From Planctomycetaceae bacterium (lineage in GTDB: Bacteria > Planctomycetota > Planctomycetia > Pirellulales > PNKZ01): a stretch of DNA of 33,228 bases. The DNA lies in assembly GCA_016794255.1 (NCBI GenBank), contig JAEUIL010000605.1, forward strand, positions 1 to 33,228. Direction: 5' to 3'. Positions 16,777 to 25,257 of this stretch are shown here, one piece after another; within the stretch, counting starts at the first letter, position 1; each line of letters starts with the position of its first letter. The notes beneath the pieces are model-generated. The model did not search any database, was not told where the DNA came from, and worked only from the letters and a program-made list of their open reading frames with translations. A program made the translations under genes and the position numbers.

Positions 16777-17223
16777 GCGTCGGTGCGTCGCCGTCATTCC
16801 CCTGCCGATCGTCGCCTCATCAGGTAAACAACTGCGTAGGGTGGGCGATCCAGGGTGAGAGGAAAGCCTTGGAAGTGTTGAGCTTGCTAGCGTCCGTCTC
16901 TCGGACGAGCCGCGTCGATCAAGAAATGTTGATGTTTTGCTTGATCGGCGGAGGGGCATCGTTTAGGCTCTGGTCGTAGACCTGCCTGCCCCCAAGAATT
17001 TGGCAACGTTTTGATCCTGTAAATGTCGCCAAGTTTGGCCGGCGTCGCTGAACCATGCGGCGGCCAAATTCGTAATGCGTCAGATGCGGCCCCTTCGTGT
17101 GAGTCGCCGCGTTGAGCGTAAATCCTGCCTAACTTGATGAGCAATCCGCGAGCGCATGAGCGGCTCGTGTTCGTTTCCTACTTGTTCTGTTCCGTTGGTT
17201 CCCTCTAGAAGGAAGAATCCCCC

Positions 17224-17787
17224 ATGAAGAAGTTCGCCAGTGTCGTGGTCGCGTTGGCCGTTTTGGCCGGCTCGGTGTTCGCCGAAGACCTCAAGAGCGG
17301 TCTGCAAAAGGACTCGAAGGTTGGTCCGTTCTATGTCACGAAGGTGGCTGGTCCGGAAGACGGCGTGACCGTTGGTCAAAACCTCTGCTACCGTTGCAAG
17401 TACGGCGCGAAGCCGCAAGTGATGGTGTTCGCTCGCACGGCCGATGACCGTTTGGCCACGTTGGTCAAGAAGCTCGACGAGACCGTCGGCAAGAACGAAG
17501 AGAAGCAACTCAAGGCGTTCGTGAACATCATGGCTGACTCGAAGGACGCTGCCGACGCGTCGGCCAAGGCGTTCGCTGCCAAGGCCGGTTCGAAGAACGT
17601 GCCGATCGTGGTGCCGAACGAATTCGCCAATGGTCCGGACAACTACGGCCTCAACCCGAAGGCTGACCTGACGGTGTTGATCGTCAGCGGCGGCACGGTT
17701 GTCGGCAACCACGCTTACGAGAAGGACGCTTACTGCGAAAGCTGCATCGAGAGCATCGTCAAGGATGTGGTCGCTGCGGTGAAGTAG
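17224..17787 (+). CDS. Secreted hypothetical protein with two CxxC motifs (possibly thioredoxin-like)
   Basis: Signal peptide MKKFASVVVALAVLAGSVFA, CYRC and CESC motifs, strongly biased codon usage. Confidence 0.85.
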   Translation: MKKFASVVVALAVLAGSVFAEDLKSGLQKDSKVGPFYVTKVAGPEDGVTVGQNLCYRCKYGAKPQVMVFARTADDRLATLVKKLDETVGKNEEKQLKAFVNIMADSKDAADASAKAFAAKAGSKNVPIVVPNEFANGPDNYGLNPKADLTVLIVSGGTVVGNHAYEKDAYCESCIESIVKDVVAAVK

Positions 17788-17793
17788 TGAATC

Positions 17794-17889
17794 GGGCATG
17801 ATCTGCGGATCGTGCCCAGCGATACTTCGATTGAACGAACCCGGGCCGCGAGTGCGTCAGCTGACGTCTCGCGGCCCGCGGTGCTTTTT
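17794..17889. terminator. Two tandem hairpins between convergent genes (intrinsic terminator)
   Basis: GGGCATGATC-TGCG-GATCGTGCCC (17794-17817) and CGGGCCGCGAG...CTCGCGGCCCG (17842-17878), followed by GCTTTTT. Confidence 0.7.
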
Positions 17890-17970
17890 ACATCCAATTG
17901 TCACTTCGCTCTGTCGCTCGCTTGCGGTTTCGCGCTCAAGCCACGACGAGCGCGATCACCGGTCGCGGCT

Positions 17971-18726
17971 TTATGCGGACAACTGACCGCACGTCGGACA
18001 ATCAGGTCGTCGCGCAATCGCAATCGTCTGGAAACTCATCTCGCGCAAATCGTAGCTCAACAACTGATTCTCCAGCGGCTTGCCGAAGCCCGCGAGTAGT
18101 TTGATCACTTCCATCGCGGCGATCGACGCCACGGTCGAAGCCACCGCCCCGAAGACCGGAAACTCACGCTTCCAGAGCGGCGGACTCTCGGGATACAAGC
18201 AGTCGAGACACGGCGTGCGACCGGGCCGAACGGTGATCAACCGCCCCTCGAGATCGTACATCGCACAATCGACGAGCGGCTTGCGTTGTCGAACGGCCGC
18301 GCGGTTCATCGCCAGACGCTCGACGAACAACGGGGCAGCGGACACGACGAGGTCGACTTGTGAGACATATCGTCCGACATTGCTCACGTCGAGGTTCTCG
18401 TTCACCGTCTCCACCACGACCTGCGGGTTAAGCTCGCGCAAACGTCTCGCGGCCGACTCGATCCGCGGCGAGCCGACATCCGCGGTGGACATCAACAATT
18501 GACGGTTGAGATCGTTCAGACGCAGGTCGCCGGCATGAGCGAGCACCAGTCGTCCCACGCCGGCCGTCGCCAAGTGCATCGCCACGGTGCCACCGACGCC
18601 GCCGATGCGCGAGATCAACACCGACGCTGCTTTCAGCCGCCGCTGGCCGGTCTCGCCAAAATCGCGGACCCACATTTGCCACTCGTAGCGGCTTTGTTCA
18701 GCGGGCGTGAGCGCGGGATAGGTCAT
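17971..18726 (-). CDS. HesA/MoeB/ThiF-family E1-like adenylyltransferase
   Basis: Motifs RYEWQM, GQRRLKAASVL, RIGGVG, NDLNRQLL and Zn pairs CLDC and CPTC. Start at ATG 18726, because the longer ORF-track version overlaps moaD. Confidence 0.9.
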   Translation of the reverse strand: MTYPALTPAEQSRYEWQMWVRDFGETGQRRLKAASVLISRIGGVGGTVAMHLATAGVGRLVLAHAGDLRLNDLNRQLLMSTADVGSPRIESAARRLRELNPQVVVETVNENLDVSNVGRYVSQVDLVVSAAPLFVERLAMNRAAVRQRKPLVDCAMYDLEGRLITVRPGRTPCLDCLYPESPPLWKREFPVFGAVASTVASIAAMEVIKLLAGFGKPLENQLLSYDLREMSFQTIAIARRPDCPTCGQLSA

Positions 18727-18767
18727 GATCAGGTGCCAGTTGTGCGAAGCAGAGAACCGCGGAAAAC

Positions 18768-19055
18768 TTACCCGCCGGCGATAGGTGGCATGAGCGTCAC
18801 CACATCGCCGGATCGCAGCAAGGTTTGCGATGACTGACGGACGGAAATCGCGGTGCCGTTGACTGCGATCATTAAGCTCGGCTGCACGACGCCCGCCGCA
18901 GCATACAAATGCTTCGCGACTTCTGCCCCGTGCGTGCCGGCCAGTTGCGTGAGCAATTGGGCGAGCGTCGCACCCTCGGGCAAGTGGCAGCTCTCGTCGG
19001 CCACGCCCCGCGCGGTTCGCAATTGGGCCAAGTACTGTACGCGCAGTTCGATCAT
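18768..19055 (-). CDS. moaD: MoaD/ThiS-family ubiquitin-like sulfur carrier
   Basis: V.YLAQLR...G, AVNG and LRSGDVVTLMPPIAGG with a terminal di-Gly. Confidence 0.88.
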   Translation of the reverse strand: MIELRVQYLAQLRTARGVADESCHLPEGATLAQLLTQLAGTHGAEVAKHLYAAAGVVQPSLMIAVNGTAISVRQSSQTLLRSGDVVTLMPPIAGG

Positions 19056-19091
19056 CGTCAGCAGCCAACGTTCGCCAAGGTTAAGAATCGA

Positions 19092-19775
19092 TCACCCTAT
19101 GCTGGCGGCAGCCGGTGCGTCGGTCAAGTCACTCAATGGTCGCTCGACGATTCGGCCAGCGTCGAGCACGAACAGTTTGTCGGCCAGCATCCGAGCCTCG
19201 GCCCGTGTGTGGGTGATGTGCAGCGTGGTGAGTCCCGTCATGCGTTGAATCGATCGCAACAACTCGCACAAGCGATCACGCGTCTTTTCGTCCAGTGCCG
19301 TGAGCGGTTCATCGAGCAACAACACCCGCGGGCGAAACGACAGGGCGCGACCCAGTGCGACGCGCTGTGCCTCGCCACCGCTGAGTCCCTGAATGCGTCG
19401 CTCGAGCAACGGTTCAATGCCCAGCACATGAGCCAACTCGGCGACGCGCTCGCGGATCACGCCGGGTGCTTGCCGCCGGATGCGGAGGGCGAATTCGAGA
19501 TGCCCGCGGACGGTCATCGTGGGAAACAGGGCCAAGTCTTGCGGCAAATACCCGACGGCCCGGTCGGCCGGTTTACGGCGGGTCACGTCGACGCCATCGA
19601 GCAGCACCCGACCACTCGCGATCGAGCGCAGTCCGCAGATCGCTTCGAGAATGGTGGTCTTGCCTTGGCCTGTGCCGCCCATCAGGACCGCATACGCGCC
19701 GCTCGGCACTGTGAACGAAACGTCGGACAACGAAAAGCTGCCGGCCCGAATGTGGAGTGATTCGAGTGCGATCAT
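19092..19775 (-). CDS. modC: Molybdate/tungstate ABC transporter ATP-binding subunit
   Basis: Motifs GGTGQGKTT, LSGGEAQR, LLLDEP and HITH. Operon context. Confidence 0.85.
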   Translation of the reverse strand: MIALESLHIRAGSFSLSDVSFTVPSGAYAVLMGGTGQGKTTILEAICGLRSIASGRVLLDGVDVTRRKPADRAVGYLPQDLALFPTMTVRGHLEFALRIRRQAPGVIRERVAELAHVLGIEPLLERRIQGLSGGEAQRVALGRALSFRPRVLLLDEPLTALDEKTRDRLCELLRSIQRMTGLTTLHITHTRAEARMLADKLFVLDAGRIVERPLSDLTDAPAAASIG

Positions 19776-20629
19776 CAGTTCACCCTGGCCCCCAAGCTAC
19801 GCACGAACCCCAGCACGGCCATCGCCGCGACGACCATGATCAACGACACCGCGACGGCCGCTTCGAGCTTGCCAGTGCTCAACTCGAGAAACACGGTCGT
19901 CGAAAGCACCTCGGTCCGCATCCGCGTAGCCCCGGCAAAGACCAAGATCGGTCCAAACTCGCCGAGCGATCGCGCCCAGGCGATCGTTAGCGCGGCGATG
20001 ATCCCCCGCCAGGCTTGCGGCAGAACCACGCGACAAAATGCTTGCGAGCGTCGACAGCCGAGCGTGAGCGCGACCTGTTCGGCACGCGGATCGATCTGGT
20101 CGAACGTGACCCGCATGGTTTGCACGGCAAAGGCACAGGCCACGGCAAACTGCGCGAGCACCACGGCCGGTTGAGCATAGGTGATGCGTAGTCCGAGATA
20201 CTGCTGCACCCATTTTTCGAGCGTCGTGTCGCCGAGTGGCACATGAAACAAGATCAGCAGACTCAAGCCGATCACCAGCGGCGGCAACACGATCGGCACG
20301 TCAATAATGGTGTCGATCAACCAACGTCCGCGAAATTTGAACCGCGCGAGTAAATAGCCCAGCGGCGTGCCGATGAGCACCGAGAGCAACGCCGAGATGG
20401 TGCACGTCACCAGCGTGAGCCGCACCGCCGCTTGGATCTCGGGCTTTTCCCAAGCTTCGATGAAATGGGCGGGTGAGGTGTACGCGATATCGGCCACGAT
20501 CAACAGCACGATCAGCAGCAGATAACTGCCACCCAGCGTGCCGAGCAGTGCGAAGAAGGGGGCATCCGAACCTGCGATATGCCGGCGCTCGACGACCGGT
20601 GGCAGATCACGCTGCGGCGCGTCGCTCAT
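19775..20629 (-). CDS. modB: Molybdate/tungstate ABC transporter permease
   Basis: Motifs DVPIVLPPLVIG, an EAA-like loop (EQVALTLG) and WARSLGEFG. ATG 20629 overlaps the modA stop. Confidence 0.9.
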   Translation of the reverse strand: MSDAPQRDLPPVVERRHIAGSDAPFFALLGTLGGSYLLLIVLLIVADIAYTSPAHFIEAWEKPEIQAAVRLTLVTCTISALLSVLIGTPLGYLLARFKFRGRWLIDTIIDVPIVLPPLVIGLSLLILFHVPLGDTTLEKWVQQYLGLRITYAQPAVVLAQFAVACAFAVQTMRVTFDQIDPRAEQVALTLGCRRSQAFCRVVLPQAWRGIIAALTIAWARSLGEFGPILVFAGATRMRTEVLSTTVFLELSTGKLEAAVAVSLIMVVAAMAVLGFVRSLGARVN

Positions 20630-22140
20630 GGCTGCGGTTCCGCGCCGAGCCAGCGAAAGCCTTCGTTCGTGAACCGCGACTGGGACTCTTCGGTGCGAAT
20701 GGCTTCGAGCAATCGTGCGACCAATTGCGGTTGCTTGGACTCCTTGGCCACGGCGAACGGTTGCGTCGCCACCGAGCACGGCAGACCGGTGATCCGCACC
20801 GCATCGAGATCGGCCGCTGCACCAGCCGCGTTGCTCAAGTAAGCCACGGCCGCGTCGAGCGAACCGGTCCGCATTTGGTTCACGAGCATGTCGCCCGAGG
20901 GAGTTTGCACCACCACGTTCTTCATAATCTCGGCTTGCACGCCTCCTTCGCTGAAGGTGCGTTGCGTCAACCAGCCAAGCGCACACTGCTTCTCATGCCC
21001 CACGCCGACACGCAGATTCGGCTTGGCGAGATCTTTCAGCGACGCGATCTTATGGGGGTTCCCCTTCTTGACCATGATGACGAGCTCGTTTTGTGACACA
21101 TCCGTGGCATCGCCAAACAGCGACTGGACTTGTTTCATGAACTCGATGTCACAGGCAAAGTACGCGTCGGGAACTTGGCCGGCTTTCATTTGCGCAACGA
21201 GGATTCCGCAGCCGTTATAGACGCGCGTGACCTTCACGCCTTCACGCTGCTCGAACGCCGTGATCGTCGCTTCGATCGCGGGCCGCAGCATCGAGCCCGA
21301 GTAAATCGTCACCTCGGGTTGCTCGCTCCAGGTGTCACCTTCGACCGTTTGAAACCCGAGCCGGCGGTAATGCGTGAGCCCTTTGTCCTCGGCCGACAAA
21401 TACCGGGCAAAGTGCAAGGCCCGCGTCGGCTGCTCACTGGACTTCAACACCGCTACCCCCACATGAGCCACGACCGCTTGCAGTTCGTCGAGCTTCACCG
21501 CTTCGAGTGACTCGTAATCGGTAAGCACCGCATCAAACACAATCCCCGCGTCAACGGCGCCGACTTTGACGTTGTTAGCCACTTCGTTGACCGTCGTGGT
21601 GTAAACCGTCGTGCGTCCATGCAACGCGTCCCAACGCCCGATCTTTTGCAACGCTTCCTTGGTCATCTTGCCGATCGCGGCGGACTCGGGATTCGCCTGC
21701 GCCAAGCGCACCTCGGGCCGCAACAGATCATCCAACTTGCGGATCTGTTGCGGATTGCCCTTGGGCACCACGACGACCGCGTGCATCGACGCGAGCGGGA
21801 AGTGCTCGGCGATCAGCTTCCGCTCCCGGGCCATGGTTAAATAGCTGTCATCGGCCGGTAAGAACAAGTCGCCCGACTTAGCGACATCGAGCGAGGCCAA
21901 GAGCGTTTGCGACGCGCCGAACTGCACCTGGACCGGCGTCTTGAACTCGGCTTCATACGCTTGCCGAATCGATTCGAGCACCGTCTTGTTGCTCGCGGCA
22001 CAATAGACGATCAGCGGCTCCTGATTGACCGCCGAGTTACCGCCCGAACCGCATGAGCCGCCCAGGCCGGCGATTGCCAGCACGATGAGCAAACGCCAGT
22101 CAAAACGTCGGCCGGGGTGACTATTGAGGAACGATGACAT
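20626..22140 (-). CDS. modA: Molybdate/tungstate-binding protein with two tandem ModA domains
   Basis: Domain 1: YCAAS, FGASQTL, DLFLPAD, VVPKGNP, NPESAAIG. Domain 2: YSGSML, YNGCGIL, DAYFACD, VKKGNP. Possible lipoprotein signal ending GGSC. Confidence 0.88.
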   Translation of the reverse strand: MSSFLNSHPGRRFDWRLLIVLAIAGLGGSCGSGGNSAVNQEPLIVYCAASNKTVLESIRQAYEAEFKTPVQVQFGASQTLLASLDVAKSGDLFLPADDSYLTMARERKLIAEHFPLASMHAVVVVPKGNPQQIRKLDDLLRPEVRLAQANPESAAIGKMTKEALQKIGRWDALHGRTTVYTTTVNEVANNVKVGAVDAGIVFDAVLTDYESLEAVKLDELQAVVAHVGVAVLKSSEQPTRALHFARYLSAEDKGLTHYRRLGFQTVEGDTWSEQPEVTIYSGSMLRPAIEATITAFEQREGVKVTRVYNGCGILVAQMKAGQVPDAYFACDIEFMKQVQSLFGDATDVSQNELVIMVKKGNPHKIASLKDLAKPNLRVGVGHEKQCALGWLTQRTFSEGGVQAEIMKNVVVQTPSGDMLVNQMRTGSLDAAVAYLSNAAGAAADLDAVRITGLPCSVATQPFAVAKESKQPQLVARLLEAIRTEESQSRFTNEGFRWLGAEPQP

Positions 22141-22319
22141 GGGCGGGAAAGGTTTAAAGAAGGAATCAAGCATTTCGGCCAGAATTGCATGGTATGTGGC
22201 GATTCGCCCACGTGCAATGATCTGTGCCGCGTGACGAGGCGAGATTGGGCGAACCGCGGCGCTTGCGGTATGATAGTCGATCCCTTCGGCTCATCTCGTT
22301 TACCACTCGCGTATCTCGC

Positions 22320-24617
22320 ATGGCTAACATCGCTGCTCTGCTGCAAACTGCGCTCGAATTCCATCAGGCCGGCTACTTGCCTCGCGCCGAACAACTCTAT
22401 CGGCAAATCCTCGTCGAGCATCCCGACGACATGGACACCAATCATCTGCTCGGTGTGTTGCTCACCCAAGCCGGGCTGTTCGAGCCGGCGTTGCCGTTTC
22501 TCCGGCGCGCGGCGGCACTCGGCGGCAATATCGCGATGTTCCACAGTTCATTGGCCGACGGCCTGCGCGGCGCGGGCAAGATCGACGAAGCGATCGCGAC
22601 GTACCGTCATGCGGCGCAACTCGAACCGCAGTCGGGCGAGCATGTCGGCAAACTCGGCATTCTGCTTCAAGCCGAGAAGCGTTACGACGAAGCGCTCGCT
22701 TGTTACGAACAGGCGTTGCAACTCAATCCGCACGACGGGGTCGCTTGCAACAACGCGGGCGCGATTCTGCTTGAGAAACGCGACTTTGCGGGGGCACGCA
22801 CCTGGCTCGAACGGGCGCTCGCCATCAATCGCAATTTCCCGCAGGCGCTGAGCAACCTGGGCATTGCCCTGCGTGAGCTGCGGGAGTGGAAACCGGCCGA
22901 GGCTTCGTTCAAGGCAGCCCTGGAATTGAAGCCCGATCTGCACGAAGCCCACAAGCACCTTGGCGTGCTCTGCGGCCAGATGGGCGATGTAAACGGTGCC
23001 GTGCGATCTTTGCAACAAGCCGTGCAGCTCGCGCCGCGTGATCACGAAGCTCACGACTTGTTGGCCGTGGCGCTGAACACGCTCGATCGGTTGCCCGAGG
23101 CGGCTCAGCATCTGGAACTCGCCATTCGCCTCAAACCTGACTTTGCCGACGCGTTCGCCAATCTTGGCCTGTCTTACGGCGCGCTCGGGATGACCGAGCC
23201 GGCCGCGGCGGCGTTTGCCCGGGCCCTGCAACTCGGCGCGCCCGATGGCGTCAAGTTGCGAGCGGCTCTCTTGGTCCCCGTCGTGCCGTCGTCGGTCGAG
23301 GCGATCCCCGCGGCTCGCCAACGTTTGCACGACAGCATCACGGCCTTGCTCAAAGAACCGCTCACGGTTAACGATCCGGTCGAAGAGATCTGCCGCATCT
23401 CGTTCTACCCGGCCTACCATGGCTTGAACGATCGCGACCTCAATCGCGAGTTAGCCCGATTGTTCGTGCATGCCACGCCGTCACTGGGCTTCGTCGCGCC
23501 CCATTGTCGGCTTGGTACGACGCCGAAACCTCGACCCGATGGCAAACGGCGCGTCGCGTTCATCTCGCGCTATTTCTACAACCACTCGGTGGGCATTCAC
23601 AACTTTGGTGTCATCCGCGATCTGCCCCGTGATCGTTATCACGTGACCGTGGTGCGCTTTGATGCCGGGGACGACGCGCTCTCGCAGGCCATCAACGCCG
23701 CAGCCGACGAGACCGTCGTGCTCACGGGGCCGCTGCCGCAATGGCGCGAGACGCTCGCCGCTCGTGAATTTGACATCGTCTGTTACACCGACTTGGGTAT
23801 GGACCCGTCGACGTATTTCCTCAGCTTCGCACGTTTGGCCCCGGTGCAGTGTGTGCTGCCCGGACATCCGGTCACGACCGGCATTCCTTCGATTGACTAT
23901 TACGTCACCAGCGACGATCTCGAACCGGCCGACGCGCAAGCCCACTACAGCGAACAACTCGTCCGGCTCAAGCATCTCCCCTCGGGCTTTATTCCGTTAG
24001 AGCGCTCGAAGCTCACGACGCATCGTGCCGATTACGAGTTGCCCGAGGACGCCAACTTGTATGTCTGCCCGCAAATGCCGTTCAAGATTCATCCCGAGTT
24101 CGATGCGCTCGCGGGAGACATTCTCAGGCGCGACCCGCGGGGGCGATTGATCATGTTCCACGACAAGGATCGCAAATGGAGCGGATTGCTCGCCGATCGT
24201 TTGCGACGTGGGCTGAGCGACGTGGCGGACCGGATCATGTTTCTCGGCCGACTATCGGCCGACGGGTTCTACCATTTCTTAACGCTCGCCGATGTCGTGC
24301 TCGACTCGGTGCACTTCAGCGGCGGCACGACCAGTTGCCAGGCGTTGAGTCTTGGCATTCCGGTGGTCACGTTGCCGGGCGAGTTCATGCGCGGGCGAGT
24401 GACTTACGCCCTTTACAAGAAGCTAGGCGTGATGGATTGCGTGGCTCGCAATCGGGCCGAGTACGTCGAGCTCGCGGTGAAGCTCGCTCAAGATCGAGCG
24501 TGGCGCGACGCGATCAGCGGTCAGATTCTGGCCGCCATTCCGCAGGCCTTGCCCAGCGGCGGATTCGCGCAGGAACTGGCCGACCAATTCGATCGCTGGT
24601 TGCAGATCAAAGCGTAG
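22320..24617 (+). CDS. TPR-repeat GT41 glycosyltransferase (OGT/SPINDLY-like)
   Basis: About 9 TPRs, then RVAFISRYFYNHSVG, RLAPVQ, GHPVTTGIPSIDY, YSEQLVRL, PFKIHP, LDSVHFSGGTT and GIPVVTLPG..MRGR. Confidence 0.9.
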   Translation: MANIAALLQTALEFHQAGYLPRAEQLYRQILVEHPDDMDTNHLLGVLLTQAGLFEPALPFLRRAAALGGNIAMFHSSLADGLRGAGKIDEAIATYRHAAQLEPQSGEHVGKLGILLQAEKRYDEALACYEQALQLNPHDGVACNNAGAILLEKRDFAGARTWLERALAINRNFPQALSNLGIALRELREWKPAEASFKAALELKPDLHEAHKHLGVLCGQMGDVNGAVRSLQQAVQLAPRDHEAHDLLAVALNTLDRLPEAAQHLELAIRLKPDFADAFANLGLSYGALGMTEPAAAAFARALQLGAPDGVKLRAALLVPVVPSSVEAIPAARQRLHDSITALLKEPLTVNDPVEEICRISFYPAYHGLNDRDLNRELARLFVHATPSLGFVAPHCRLGTTPKPRPDGKRRVAFISRYFYNHSVGIHNFGVIRDLPRDRYHVTVVRFDAGDDALSQAINAAADETVVLTGPLPQWRETLAAREFDIVCYTDLGMDPSTYFLSFARLAPVQCVLPGHPVTTGIPSIDYYVTSDDLEPADAQAHYSEQLVRLKHLPSGFIPLERSKLTTHRADYELPEDANLYVCPQMPFKIHPEFDALAGDILRRDPRGRLIMFHDKDRKWSGLLADRLRRGLSDVADRIMFLGRLSADGFYHFLTLADVVLDSVHFSGGTTSCQALSLGIPVVTLPGEFMRGRVTYALYKKLGVMDCVARNRAEYVELAVKLAQDRAWRDAISGQILAAIPQALPSGGFAQELADQFDRWLQIKA

Positions 24618-24624
24618 CCGTCGA

Positions 24625-24990
24625 CTACCGCAGCTCCACCACTTGATTGTCGAGCTTCGGCAGATTGATTCCCAACGGTCGCACCTGAGCGTCGAGCGCG
24701 AACTGAAACCGTTGCAACGGGCGATGCTTGCTCTTGCGCGCGTAGATGAACGTGGCATCGACATACTTCCGCGGCAGGGTGCCGGCTTCCACGAGGGCAA
24801 CGATCTGAGCGATGTACTGGAACTCGACCGGGCGCCGAGCTTTGAGGCCTTTTTCAAGCTGGCCTTTAAGGTCCAACTCGGACGACACGCCGCCGTCGGA
24901 CAACGCCGGGGGAGCCGCGCCTGCCGGCAGACTGAGCAATACGGAAAACAGGCCGAGAAACAGCACGATCGCGAAAGCGGCGCGGAGCAT
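24625..24990 (-). CDS. Secreted hypothetical protein
   Basis: Signal peptide MLRAAFAIVLFLGLFSVLLSLPAGA and a globular helical core LKGQLEKGLKARRPVEFQYI. Confidence 0.75.
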   Translation of the reverse strand: MLRAAFAIVLFLGLFSVLLSLPAGAAPPALSDGGVSSELDLKGQLEKGLKARRPVEFQYIAQIVALVEAGTLPRKYVDATFIYARKSKHRPLQRFQFALDAQVRPLGINLPKLDNQVVELR

Positions 24991-25257
24991 CGGTTGAACT
25001 CCTAGGGAAAACAGTGTCGTCACCGGCCGTGAGGCATGTCCCGCCGGTGATTGGGCCCCGGCTTGTAGCCAAACCCCCGGTCACTCACAAGGCGAGTTTG
25101 TGACGTTGGCTCGCTAGCAGGTTTGGGTTTATGATGCGGTCAGGCCGCGGCGGGGGCTCGTCGTGGCTGCCCAATTCACGAAAGTTATACAATTCACTAT
25201 CCGTTCGCGATGTGGTCTGAACGCCAGCGGCGTTCGACATTTGGAAACGGAGTTGCA

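Noticed and set aside
17971-19068. 365-aa ORF suggesting an N-terminally extended or MoaD-fused E1
   Set aside because: The extension overlaps moaD in another frame and reads as non-coding. Family similarity starts at Met 18726.
19775-20986. 403-aa version of modB
   Set aside because: The extension overlaps modA. The ATG at 20629 gives a standard ATGA coupling.
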